Shown piece after piece: positions 1 to 9,308 of a DNA stretch of 64,000 nucleotides (position 1 is the first letter of the stretch; each line of letters begins with the position of its first letter). The position numbers and the translations under genes are program-made. The notes beneath the pieces are model-generated. The model did not search any database. It was given only the letters and a program-made list of their open reading frames with translations, and was not told where the DNA came from. Origin of the DNA: an uncultured Anaerolineales bacterium. GTDB lineage: Bacteria; Chloroflexota; Anaerolineae; Anaerolineales; UBA11858. The DNA is taken from positions 183-64,182 of the forward strand of contig CAZHHT010000002.1 of NCBI GenBank assembly GCA_964532455.1, given 5' to 3'.

Positions 1-124
1 TAGAGCCCTCCTCAAGAAACGTTTAACGTTAATTAACCCAGCGGCATTGGGAATTTGAGTTATACATATAACAGTATATAATGAATTAACCAAGCTCGAC
101 GGACTTAATCAAGGAGCTTAACAG

Positions 125-1588
125 ATGATAAAAACAAAACCAATTATTCTGAATGTTATCCTGATCGCTTTCTTGAGCATCTATGCAGCAGCGTGTTCCA
201 CTTCAGAGCCAACTGCTCCCCCTCCCACTCTAACCTCAATCGCGGCGGAGGAGACCGCCCCACCACTAGAAAATGGGGATAAATCCGCGGATGATCCGGG
301 AATACCCGACAAACTTCTTTCTGACGAAGGACCCTGGTGGGTTTTTTCCACTGCTGACGGGCTCTTTGCTGTCAATCCTGACGGCAGCGGCCTGATCAGG
401 TTCTACCAAGGACCAATCAACCCGCCCTACTCGCGTCAAATTCTGACTGCTCCCAGCGGCGGATACATCGCCTATTTGACAGGAAACAACTTTGCCAATA
501 CCACCCTCAGAATAACTAAATTTTCAGGAACCCAACTGGACATCGAGATACCACTTACTTCTGAAGAGAGTGAACCAGGTGCAGAGTCCATGCCCGGTGA
601 TCCGGAAGTGGAAGCCGTGCGGGCCATGACTGAAGGGCAAAGCCTGGCCTTTTCACCGGATGGCAGCTATCTGGCATTTATGGGCGCCATCGACGGGCCG
701 ACATCTGATCTCTATGTAATTTCTCTTGATGATCAACAGATAACCTGGTTAACCGATGGGCCATCCCAGGGATACCAGCCAGTTTGGTCACCGGATGGAA
801 AATTTATCGTTCACACCGGTGTGCGTACTTTCGGAACAGGCGCAGGCTATTCCATGACGGGAGTCTGGGCAGCCCGGGCTGATGATTCAGGTGTAGTAAC
901 CCTGTACGATCCTTCCGAATCTGGAACTGAGGAGATCCTGGGTTGGGTTAACAATCAGACCTTCCTTGTCCACAGCTGGGATGCGGTTTGCGGACCAAAA
1001 AACCTGAGGACATACAACATCGAAACCAAAGAGAGTGTTGTGGTGTGGTCGGGTTATTTCCAATCCATAACCTTTAACCCGACAGATGCGGTTACAGTCC
1101 TCAGTTATTGGATAGAAGGATGCAATCCCGACACTGAAATAGGATTATATCTAGTTCCCACCGATGGCAGGGCTTCTCTGCGGATTGTCGGTGATCGAGT
1201 AACTCTGGTTTCCTGGTCTAAAGAAGCCAATCTTATTCTGGCTCAGTCAGATTTTGGAGTACTCGCGGTTGATTCCAACGGACAATTCATCAACCTGGAC
1301 AGACCGCCTGGAGCCAATCCGTTCCCGGCTGTCGCACCTGGTTCAAAGGATCTCGCTTGGCCCGGCGATTCGCTCTGGATTGGTCCTCTATTGGGATCCA
1401 TAGATCACCCACCTCAGGAGATCTTCACTGAGCCTGTTTATACAGTCATCTGGGACCCGAGCGGTCAATATGTACTCTTTTTCGCCGACAGTGGTCTCTA
1501 TACGGCTCAGAAACCCGATTACGTGCCGATACTCATCGCAGAAGGACTCGACAACCGAAACGGATATTCCGGCTGGGTGATGCCTTGA
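125..1588 (+). CDS. Secreted lipoprotein with TolB-like (PD40/WD40-like) beta-propeller repeats
   Basis: N-terminal signal peptide with lipobox-like AAAC. Repeated FSPDGSYLAF and WSPDGKFIV motifs are typical of PD40 propeller blades. The ORF ends in TGA. Confidence 0.55.
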   Translation: MIKTKPIILNVILIAFLSIYAAACSTSEPTAPPPTLTSIAAEETAPPLENGDKSADDPGIPDKLLSDEGPWWVFSTADGLFAVNPDGSGLIRFYQGPINPPYSRQILTAPSGGYIAYLTGNNFANTTLRITKFSGTQLDIEIPLTSEESEPGAESMPGDPEVEAVRAMTEGQSLAFSPDGSYLAFMGAIDGPTSDLYVISLDDQQITWLTDGPSQGYQPVWSPDGKFIVHTGVRTFGTGAGYSMTGVWAARADDSGVVTLYDPSESGTEEILGWVNNQTFLVHSWDAVCGPKNLRTYNIETKESVVVWSGYFQSITFNPTDAVTVLSYWIEGCNPDTEIGLYLVPTDGRASLRIVGDRVTLVSWSKEANLILAQSDFGVLAVDSNGQFINLDRPPGANPFPAVAPGSKDLAWPGDSLWIGPLLGSIDHPPQEIFTEPVYTVIWDPSGQYVLFFADSGLYTAQKPDYVPILIAEGLDNRNGYSGWVMP

Positions 1589-1680
1589 CCATTGAATCGC
1601 ACCGATCTCTACCTTTTTCCTGAGGGTGTAAATAGTATAACCAGCCCAAGCTTGAGGTAAATCTCTCCCCTCTTTTAACC

Positions 1681-1989
1681 TCAGCAATCCCCAGGGTACC
1701 TGAAGCTCCCATCAGAGCATTCATCGGTAAAGCCCTGGCGTTCGCACGTCCCGCCTTTATACTCCCAATCCGCTCCGTTCACTTCCATTTCATCCCATTC
1801 CTGGCACTCAGAGCGAGTCCAATTGTTCTTACATAGCGGCGATAAAAGAACATCACCTCCAGAACCCACACAGGTCCCAGTACTACTGCATCCACCGATC
1901 GTAGCGGCAAACAGCAACATGAGGATAAACACAAGGAAAGCCGAATACTTCCATCGCTCATTTAAAATAGGTTTAATAACCCTCGCCAT
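1681..1989 (-). CDS. Small Cys-rich lipoprotein or membrane-anchored secreted protein
   Basis: 102-aa ORF with a hydrophobic N-terminus and lipobox TIGGC, plus 8 further Cys in the mature part. A strong RBS (GGGAGGGA) lies upstream of the ATG. Confidence 0.5.
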   Translation of the reverse strand: MARVIKPILNERWKYSAFLVFILMLLFAATIGGCSSTGTCVGSGGDVLLSPLCKNNWTRSECQEWDEMEVNGADWEYKGGTCERQGFTDECSDGSFRYPGDC

Positions 1990-2376
1990 TTTGATCCCTC
2001 CCTGGAATACTTTATGATAACTAACTAGAGATAACTTCTTCCCCTTAGTCGATCCCTAATAATAGTTTTAGATTCGATCAGCTAACTATTAATAATTGTA
2101 ACAATAAAAAGAATATTGTTATCAACGTCTGGGAGTATCTAATTATTCCAACCAGAAATGGGACTATTCGGAACGTTTCTACCCGACTCTCTATCTAAAT
2201 AATCTTCCCGGGATAAATCTATCAACAAATAGGAAATGAAAACTCAGCCAAATCAAAATCCTGGGGATCAGGAAGAGCCTACGCAGGGACAACCGCTCAG
2301 TATCCTTATTCAAAAACCCAATCAGACAACCTGGATGCCTAATACCGCTGTTTTGGATAACAGGACACTCCCCTTA

Positions 2377-3318
2377 TTAAAACAGCCCATCCACGCTCAG
2401 GTAGCGTTCACCAGTATCTGCGAAGATGCAAACGATCACTTTCCCCTCGTTTTCCGGCCGTTTTGCCAGCTGCTCGGCTGCATAGGCGGTGGCACCAGAG
2501 GTTATTCCCACCAGCAGTCCCTCCTGGTTGGCAATTCGCCGGCAGGCAGCAAAAGCGTCACCCTCGCTGACCAGGAAGAAGTCGTCGATAGACTCTTTAT
2601 CCAGCGTCTCCGGCACAAAACCAGGCGCAGTCCCCATCATAAGATGGGGGTGAAAGATACCTTGAGATATTGTCGGTGAATTTTCCGGCTCAACCGCAAT
2701 CAATTGAACTTTCGGATTCTGTTCTTTTAAATAACGTCCGCTGCCGCATAACGTGCCGCCGGTGCCCAGGCCTGCCACCAGAATATCGATCTTTCCATCT
2801 GTATCCTCCCACAGCTCCGGACCGGTGGTCAGGTAATGCGCTTTTGGATTAGACTGGTTGACATGCTGGCCGACATAAAAATATCCGGGATTATCTTTTA
2901 AAATCTCTTTGAGTTTTATCCGAGCTCCAGCGGTACCTTCCGAGGCAGGGGTGAGAATGATTTCCGCGCCAAATGAACCCATGATCCTGCGCCGTTCGAC
3001 ACTTTGAATCTCTGACATGACCAGAATTGCATCATAGCCCCGGATTGCCGAAATCCAGGCGACCGCCATCCCGGTGTTCCCACTGGTCACCTCAATCAGG
3101 GTATCTCCCGATTTCAGGGACCCTTGCTCCTCCGCATCTAAAATGATCTGAAGAATTGGACGGTCTTTCAGACTGACTGGATTCATAAATTCACACTTGG
3201 CAAATACACTATGGCCCGGACAGAATCGTTCCAAACGCAGCAGCGGTGTATTGCCAATCAGGTCAATTACAGATTTTATATACTTCAAGATATTTTCCTC
3301 CACTATGAATGTGCACAA
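2377..3318 (-). CDS. cysK: Cysteine synthase (O-acetylserine sulfhydrylase), PLP-dependent
   Basis: IGNTPLLRL, the PLP-lysine context SLKDRP, TSGNTG and GTGGT motifs. The true start may be the TTG at 3288, which is preceded by GGAGGA. Confidence 0.85.
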   Translation of the reverse strand: MCTFIVEENILKYIKSVIDLIGNTPLLRLERFCPGHSVFAKCEFMNPVSLKDRPILQIILDAEEQGSLKSGDTLIEVTSGNTGMAVAWISAIRGYDAILVMSEIQSVERRRIMGSFGAEIILTPASEGTAGARIKLKEILKDNPGYFYVGQHVNQSNPKAHYLTTGPELWEDTDGKIDILVAGLGTGGTLCGSGRYLKEQNPKVQLIAVEPENSPTISQGIFHPHLMMGTAPGFVPETLDKESIDDFFLVSEGDAFAACRRIANQEGLLVGITSGATAYAAEQLAKRPENEGKVIVCIFADTGERYLSVDGLF

Positions 3319-3508
3319 AAAGCTCTTTTCTCATTGAGGCAAAACCAATCCATTCCAGGCGTTTTTCTTTAATTTGTTAACCAGGCACATTTTTTATATC
3401 TTACTCTACTTCTTGGGAACATCCTTCAATTGTAGCAAATACCAGAGAGTAAGGGGTTAATTTCCGACCCGGTCCACAATGTACGCTAAATATGGTTAAA
3501 TTAACCAC

Positions 3509-3985
3509 ATGCAGATAAAAATCCTGGGGATCGGACAGAGCATGCGAGGAGACGACGAGGTCGGTCTGGAAATTGTCCGGCGCTGGCGGGATTCCTACGG
3601 GGCTGACCATCCTGAACATACAATCGAAGCTGAAACCGCAGAAAGCCCCGGGCTGTCGCTGCTGGGACTTATTGCCGGGCTGGACGCGGCCATCCTGGTG
3701 GACGCGATCCAAAGCGGCGCCCCTCCAGGAACACTTCATAAACTCACAGAAGATGACCTGCTTGACTTCGGCGAAGGAACCGGTTCAGCTCATGGTTGGG
3801 GCGCCGCTGAGACCCTCTCCCTCGGGCACCAACTTTCCCCGGAGGACTTACCGAAGAGGATCTTTATCATTGGCGTGGATGCGGACCAATTTGAATTGGG
3901 AGAGGTGCTCAGCCCGGCGGTGGAAGCGTCGATCCCCAGGGCAATTGATATGATTAACCAGGTTCTGGATGAAATATTAGGGTAA
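3509..3985 (+). CDS. Hydrogenase maturation endopeptidase (HyaD/HybD/HycI family, peptidase A31)
   Basis: N-terminal ILGIGQSMRGDDEVG motif and a C-terminal half typical of the family; 158 aa. Confidence 0.7.
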   Translation: MQIKILGIGQSMRGDDEVGLEIVRRWRDSYGADHPEHTIEAETAESPGLSLLGLIAGLDAAILVDAIQSGAPPGTLHKLTEDDLLDFGEGTGSAHGWGAAETLSLGHQLSPEDLPKRIFIIGVDADQFELGEVLSPAVEASIPRAIDMINQVLDEILG

Positions 3986-4052
3986 GGTATTAAATGAAAT
4001 TCCACCAGAATCGACAAATCCACAGGCACCTAAGAATAGAATAAATTTATAC

Positions 4053-4144
4053 TGTCATTACGATGGTGCGGATTACCCGAAGCAATCTCCTGATTAGTTG
4101 AGAAGATTGCCGCGTCGGGAAACAAAGCTTCCCTCCTAATGACA
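4053..4144. repeat. 92-bp MITE/REP-like element with perfect 8-bp terminal inverted repeats (tgtcatta / taatgaca)
   Basis: The TIRs can be read directly. The internal 19-nt string agttgagaagattgccgcg (4096-4114) is the exact reverse complement of 57470-57488. Confidence 0.55.
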
Positions 4145-4182
4145 CTAAATTTTTAGCACGAAGGAATTTGCCAACAATAAAC

Positions 4183-4207
4183 AAGCCCCCGGAAAACCCG
4201 GGGGCTT
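4183..4207 (-). terminator. Rho-independent terminator downstream of the 4230 stop
   Basis: aagcccccgg / ccgggggctt 10-bp GC-rich stem with a 5-nt loop, followed on the minus strand by gtttattgtt. Confidence 0.6.
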
Positions 4208-4229
4208 CTTGCTAGGGGAGAAGTACCTA

Positions 4230-5620
4230 TTAGGGCGACTGCTTCCAGGTCAGGTAATCAAAGGTCATACCACTGGAATTATACGATGCCGGACGCAGCC
4301 AGCCGTAATAAGCGGTAGTGCCCGGCACAAACTGGTAGCAGTAGTAGCTGGTCTCCTGAATAGGTCAGATAGGAGTAGTGCTGTAGCTCGCATTCTGACA
4401 GTCAGATTTACTGGGTTCTGAGTTCATAGCAGCTGTAAAGTAAGCCTCATTAAGGTTAATTTGCATCACCTGTAAGCTCTTTTTAGTCACTTCTTCATAG
4501 AGAAAACCGGCAAATATTCCCCTGCAGTCGGCATTTATCTCCCCATTCTGGACATCATAACATTCATCTTTGAGGATGGTGATCAGCTGCCCCTGGGTTT
4601 CAACAAACAGGTTAGTGTTGACGGTTACCAATGTGCCATCCGCCTTAAAGGTCAGGAAGTCAAAGGTCACACCGTCCTCATCAAAACGCTCGGTCCGGAT
4701 CCAGCCATAAGTCGTGCTGGTTATAGTCTCGATCCTGAAGCAGAAGAATTTCTCTTCCAGCATGGTGTGCGGCAGCGGCGCATAGGACGCATTCTGACAA
4801 TAAGCCTTGTCCGGTTCATCATCCTGGTTGCCGGACCATTCAGTGTAGTTGTCTTTGTGCATCATGCCGCCCAGAGGCATGTAGTTGTACCACAGATCAG
4901 ATTTGGCATCACTGCAGTCCACTACCTCGCCGTTATTGAGATCGTAGCACTGATCATCCAGCAAGGTTACCCCATCCACCTCCAGCGAAACATCCGGATT
5001 CGCTGCGGGTGGTGTCTGCGGTGTAGGTGTAGGGTTAGGCGGAGGATTGCCAGGAGGAATCGGGCGGATGGTTATTTTCACCGGCATTGGGCGGACCTTT
5101 TTGACCAAAGACGCCGCCTTCCGGGTATTCCATCTTCCAGACTGAGAGATAAGAACCCACCTGGGAGGTTGCGATGAATTCCACACTCAAGTCAACAGAC
5201 TCTCCTGTTACAACTTCACCCGGAATCGTCAGCTTTCCGCTGGATGGAGTGAGATCCCCTCCAATTTTAATTAAGCTGTAGCCTGAATTCCAGGTGCAGG
5301 TTCCGGTGTTCTCCAGGGTAAAAATAACCTGGATGGAATCACCGCTCTCGAACTCCTGTCCATCACTGAGGTTGATAGTTCCCAAGAAGGCTTTGGTGCA
5401 GGAAGTTTGGTCAGCAGGTGGGGGCGAAGATTGTTCCCCATTCGAGGAATTCTCTTCGTTCTCGCCTTCGGGTAAAGGTTGGCTCTCTCCAGCATTTCCA
5501 GGTAGGACCTGAGGGGAGTTCTTCACTGCCATTTCCAAGCAGATCGGAGAATGAACAGGTAAACTGGGTTGAGGTTAAGAGGATAAAAACAAATATGAGT
5601 TTGATCGCTATCTTATTCAT
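4230..5620 (-). pseudogene. Disrupted secreted protein: lipoprotein signal peptide, NBR1-Ig-like (FW-type) domain, Pro-rich linker and a duplicated Cys-containing domain
   Basis: It is built from ORFs 5411..5686 (signal peptide MNKIAIKLIFVFILLTSTQFTC with RBS AAAGGAG), 5035..5538 and 4365..5186, plus a 44-codon in-frame extension past the TGA at 4365-4367. There are two frame changes and one internal stop. Confidence 0.7.
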
Positions 5621-5823
5621 GGTCTGCTCCTTTAAATCAAAATTAAAATTGGATTCCTGTTTTGATATTACAGATAATCCATACAAAGGAGATTAAGAAG
5701 GCGTAAAAACGTTGTAAAAACTAATCCTTTATCAGGGATGGGCGGTGTCAGTCTGATTAAAAAATTCCCAAGCCAGGGTAACACCTTCTGCGTCCCGGCA
5801 TACCGGACCAATCACCCAGCGGA

Positions 5824-6756
5824 TCAAAAAGTTGTCCCGAAGGGAATGTTTCCCTGAAGGCACAGCATAGCATGACCGCCTCCCCGGATTGTGTAAAACA
5901 CCACCGGATCTCCATCGGATCCGGCTGGGTAATAATCCCTTTTGATCCGGCAGTTGTCCTCCGGATCAGCATCCGGGAGCAGCTCCGAGGTTTTTTGATC
6001 GAAGTTAACCCTGTTGGCAATCGCCCACCAGGCAGCTGTTTCTTCTGCAGAAATGACCATTCCCCGCTCCTTTCCGACCAATCCGCCTTCCCACGGCATT
6101 AAAGGATCCTCTATACCGTTGCTTATCATTAGCGGGGTCGGCTTCCCTAAAACGGTAAGTTTTTGGGCAATTTCCGGAAGATTGGCAATAAAGGCAGCTC
6201 CAGCCGCAAATTTATCCGGGGCTTCAATCAACAAGCGGTAGGTCATCAAACCGCCGTTCGATGCCCCGGTGACATAGACCCGCTCCGGATCCACCGGATA
6301 CCGGGCAGTGATCCGATCTAATAAAACCAGAATAAAACCGACATCGTCAGCATTAGTTTGACCGGCTACTGAATCTGACCGGTGGTCATTCCAATTCTGG
6401 TCATCCCCAAACGTATCCCCGGTTTCAGGATTTGTTCCGTTGGGCACCAGCAGGATAAACCCTTCCTGTACTGCCAATCCCAGCCATTCTTTGGTTCCCC
6501 CAGCATTGGGGCGAAATATCGATCGCATGCTTCCCGTTCCCCCGTGCAGAACCAATACCAGCGGGAGGTTTTCAGATATCGGGTCCGGGAAATATATCCT
6601 GTACCAGCGTTTGTTCCCGCCCACCTCCAGACTGGATTCCTGCCATCCATCAGGCAGTGAATCCCCCCTCAGCTGTCGTTCCCCCAGAGTGCAGCTTGGT
6701 ATTAGGCAGAAAACTACCAACAAGAGCAATACGTTCCTATTTAAAAATATGTTCAT
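5824..6756 (-). CDS. Secreted esterase, PHB-depolymerase/LpqC-like alpha/beta hydrolase, probably C-terminally frameshifted with a true end near 5732
   Basis: Signal peptide, LVLHGGTGS, the nucleophile elbow GASNGG and GGGHA. The family's C-terminal WEFF-type motif (DAEGVTLAWEFFNQ) lies in a different frame that is open to the TGA at 5732-5734. Confidence 0.75.
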   Translation of the reverse strand: MNIFLNRNVLLLLVVFCLIPSCTLGERQLRGDSLPDGWQESSLEVGGNKRWYRIYFPDPISENLPLVLVLHGGTGSMRSIFRPNAGGTKEWLGLAVQEGFILLVPNGTNPETGDTFGDDQNWNDHRSDSVAGQTNADDVGFILVLLDRITARYPVDPERVYVTGASNGGLMTYRLLIEAPDKFAAGAAFIANLPEIAQKLTVLGKPTPLMISNGIEDPLMPWEGGLVGKERGMVISAEETAAWWAIANRVNFDQKTSELLPDADPEDNCRIKRDYYPAGSDGDPVVFYTIRGGGHAMLCLQGNIPFGTTF

Positions 6757-7046
6757 AAATTTACCTCTAATATTCTATACACAAAAACAGATCATTAAGT
6801 TGCAAATAATTACTCATATAAATCCAGAACAAGGATTAATATGAGTAATATATACCCAAGCCCACCAGGCGTTACTACTAAGAAAAAGGGGGCATGATAT
6901 TATGTGAATGCCAGGAAGTGAAATATCCTGACCTTGAGATATCTAAATACAGCCACCCCGGGATTCAGGCTGGCTGTATTTCATCTGCTATTCGACAATC
7001 ATCTTTACATCAGATGATTGTCGAGGTCGATTTTCCGCGATTTGGA

Positions 7047-9116
7047 TCAAGGGCAGTAACAATAATTTTTTCCAGTATCGTATGTTCCTCCTGCAATCTT
7101 ACAATCTTCTGGATTCAACTTACTATGGCAAACTATCGGGGTAGGCGTCGGTGTTGGTGGTGGTGATAACACTTCAAGTCCTTCAAGAACTTGAACAGGA
7201 CCCCAGATTCTGATTGCATCAAGTATAGTCCAGCAGGATTGTAGAGGTTTCAGGGGTGTGAAGCCGTCTTCTCCCGGGATAGCGACCAACAAGTAAGTGG
7301 AAAATGGATTCCGGGCAAGAATCTGTACAAAATCCCCTTCAATAAAGGTAAATTTGGGCGGAAAATATTCAGGGTAGGTTCCTTCCCGGCAGAAAGTATT
7401 CTTTGTAAATGTCCCTAGGACCGGCGCCGGAGGGCAAGTACCAGATTCGTTGGTATAGAACGAGCTTACATCCGATTCAGGTCCGTACAATCCATCTTGA
7501 ATATACGCTGTTTTCCAGAAATAAAGCGTACAGTCCGTCAGCGGGGGTTCTGCGATCACTGTATTCGACGGTTTGGAGAACTCACCCAGAAGGTTAGTCC
7601 CACCGAAGGCAGGATCGGTCTGCAGGTTAATAAAGACACCATCCGGGAGACATATCGGAGAAGCAGCCAGGTAGTGGAAATACACACTTAGGGTATCTTC
7701 AACTGACCCATCTTCCGGCTCTAATAACACCGGTGCGACCAGTTCGGTAACTGATGTGCATTCCGGTCCGGTGAAGAAGTTTCGAGGTCCACTCCAATCA
7801 CCGAATGTAGTCCCCACTATGCCAGCAACATGCCAGCGGTACTGCCTGCCCGGCTCAAAGGGAGCCGAGGGACCCCAGGAGGTATCTGGAGTTCCGGTCG
7901 CGCCCGATACGACAATATCGGAGAAATCAACATTGTGAGAAAACTCGATTGCATACCCTTCCGGGTCGCAGGTTCCTGGATTTTCCCACTGCAGGCTGGG
8001 GATCAGATCAGGGATCGTTTCAAAAACAGCGGGCCAGAGAAGGTCCGGTGTGGGAATGTCACCCGTACCACAAGTGGGTAGCGTGCAGGCATTCATCGCA
8101 TTCATTGTAAAATGGATTGGAGTGCTCCACGGACCATCTTCTCCACCCTCGATAGCAGCCACTCGCCAGTAAAAATCTTCGCAATTTCCAAGTGTGGTAG
8201 TTGGAATCCAAAGGGTGTCTGTATTAAATTGCTTCAGGTCTAGGGCAATAGGGGCAGTGGCTGAAAAATCTAGAGCACCGGATACCTGCAGATGGTAGCC
8301 CATTGGAGTGCAGGAGGAATCCGGGTAAGACCACTCATAGGAAGGAGCGTCGAAAATAAACTCCGTCCCCTAAGTGGGGAAAAGAGGATCGGGAGCCACC
8401 AATGAGCTTGGGTCACAAACAGGACCGGTATAGAAAGTCCAGATCTCTGAAAAAGGGCCCAGGACCCCATCTGCATAGGGAGCGACTCGCCAGTAGTACT
8501 GCGTTGCTGGGGTTGGCGGAGAACCAAAGCCCCAGCGAGTTCCCGGGGTGCCGGTAGCGCCGAAATCAGTTGTGATGGATAAATCCGAAGCAGCAGAGAC
8601 TTCGATCTTGTAACTCGATGGGATGCAGGTTGTTACCGGCCACTCCCACTCCAGAGAGGAGTAACCAATATCAAAAATTCCGCCATCCACGGGCAGGGTT
8701 TGAACAGGCGCTACCAAATCCCCGGGATCACAGACTGGCTCAGTGAAGAAAGACCGCAGCTCAAGCGAATAAGAACCGTAGCTAGACCCAACTTTTGCCC
8801 TCACCCGCCAAAAATATTCCTCAGCAATATCCAATCCAGACGGGCTATAGGTGTTTTCTGATCCGTCGACAGTATCTGTAATCTCGATCACAGAATAATC
8901 CCGCTCCTGGGAGAGAATAATCTCATATTCCTCTGGTTCGCAGCTTGAATCAGGATAGGACCATTCCAACTCGACAGTACTGCCGTTGACGATCTCTCTC
9001 CAATCAGGATAGATCAGATCAGGAGCCATTAAAGACCCAGGATCACAAGTCGGAAGGGAAGGTCCACAGCTGCTTAATCCCAGCATAGATATGAACAAGA
9101 ATAGACCAATAAGCAA
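7047..9116 (-). pseudogene. Secreted lipoprotein of five tandem modules of about 105 aa (FN3-like, Cys-bracketed), interrupted by an in-frame TAG
   Basis: ORFs 8370..9116 and 7047..8303 share a frame. The 22 codons between the TAG (8370-8372) and the ATG at 8303 read GTEFIFDAPSYEWSYPDSSCTP, which matches the module consensus. The protein has lipobox LSSC and a PTPTPTP linker before a Cys-rich tail. Confidence 0.7.
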
Positions 9117-9308
9117 TTTTTTTCGACATGATCTCCTCCAAAACAGGAAATAAATTATTCAATTGAAATAGCAAGGATAGGAAAAGAATAACAGGACTGG
9201 ATTAATGGCTAAAGGGCATTAAATCTTTCTTTATCATACTGTAAGTGAGAGGGTTTTGCAAGAAAATAAGAGGTATTCAGATTGTTAAATTTCTCCCTTG
9301 AATAAAAC

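Noticed and set aside
3573-3953. Alternative-frame 126-aa ORF within the hydrogenase protease gene, and the antisense ORF 3401..3739
   Set aside because: The 3509..3985 frame carries the family's GxGxxxxGDDxxG motif. The others are Arg/Pro-rich shadows.
4340-4367. Selenocysteine at the in-frame TGA
   Set aside because: The aligned residue in the paralogous repeat is not Cys (it falls in a P-H-T stretch). I see no obvious stem-loop immediately 3' of the TGA resembling a bacterial SECIS, and no sel genes occur in the window.
5757-6020. ORF 5757..6020 as the continuation of the esterase
   Set aside because: Its translation lacks the family's C-terminal motif. The third frame, ending at 5732, contains the ...AWEFF motif instead.
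4365-8372. Genome-wide stop-codon reassignment (TGA or TAG read as an amino acid) as the explanation for the in-frame stops
   Set aside because: Well-conserved genes in the same window end at their expected lengths on these codons. kbl ends on TGA (9371-9373), and the PGI/PMI gene (17078-17080) and csp (52580-52582) end on TAG. The standard code therefore applies. Site-specific read-through or mutation remains possible.
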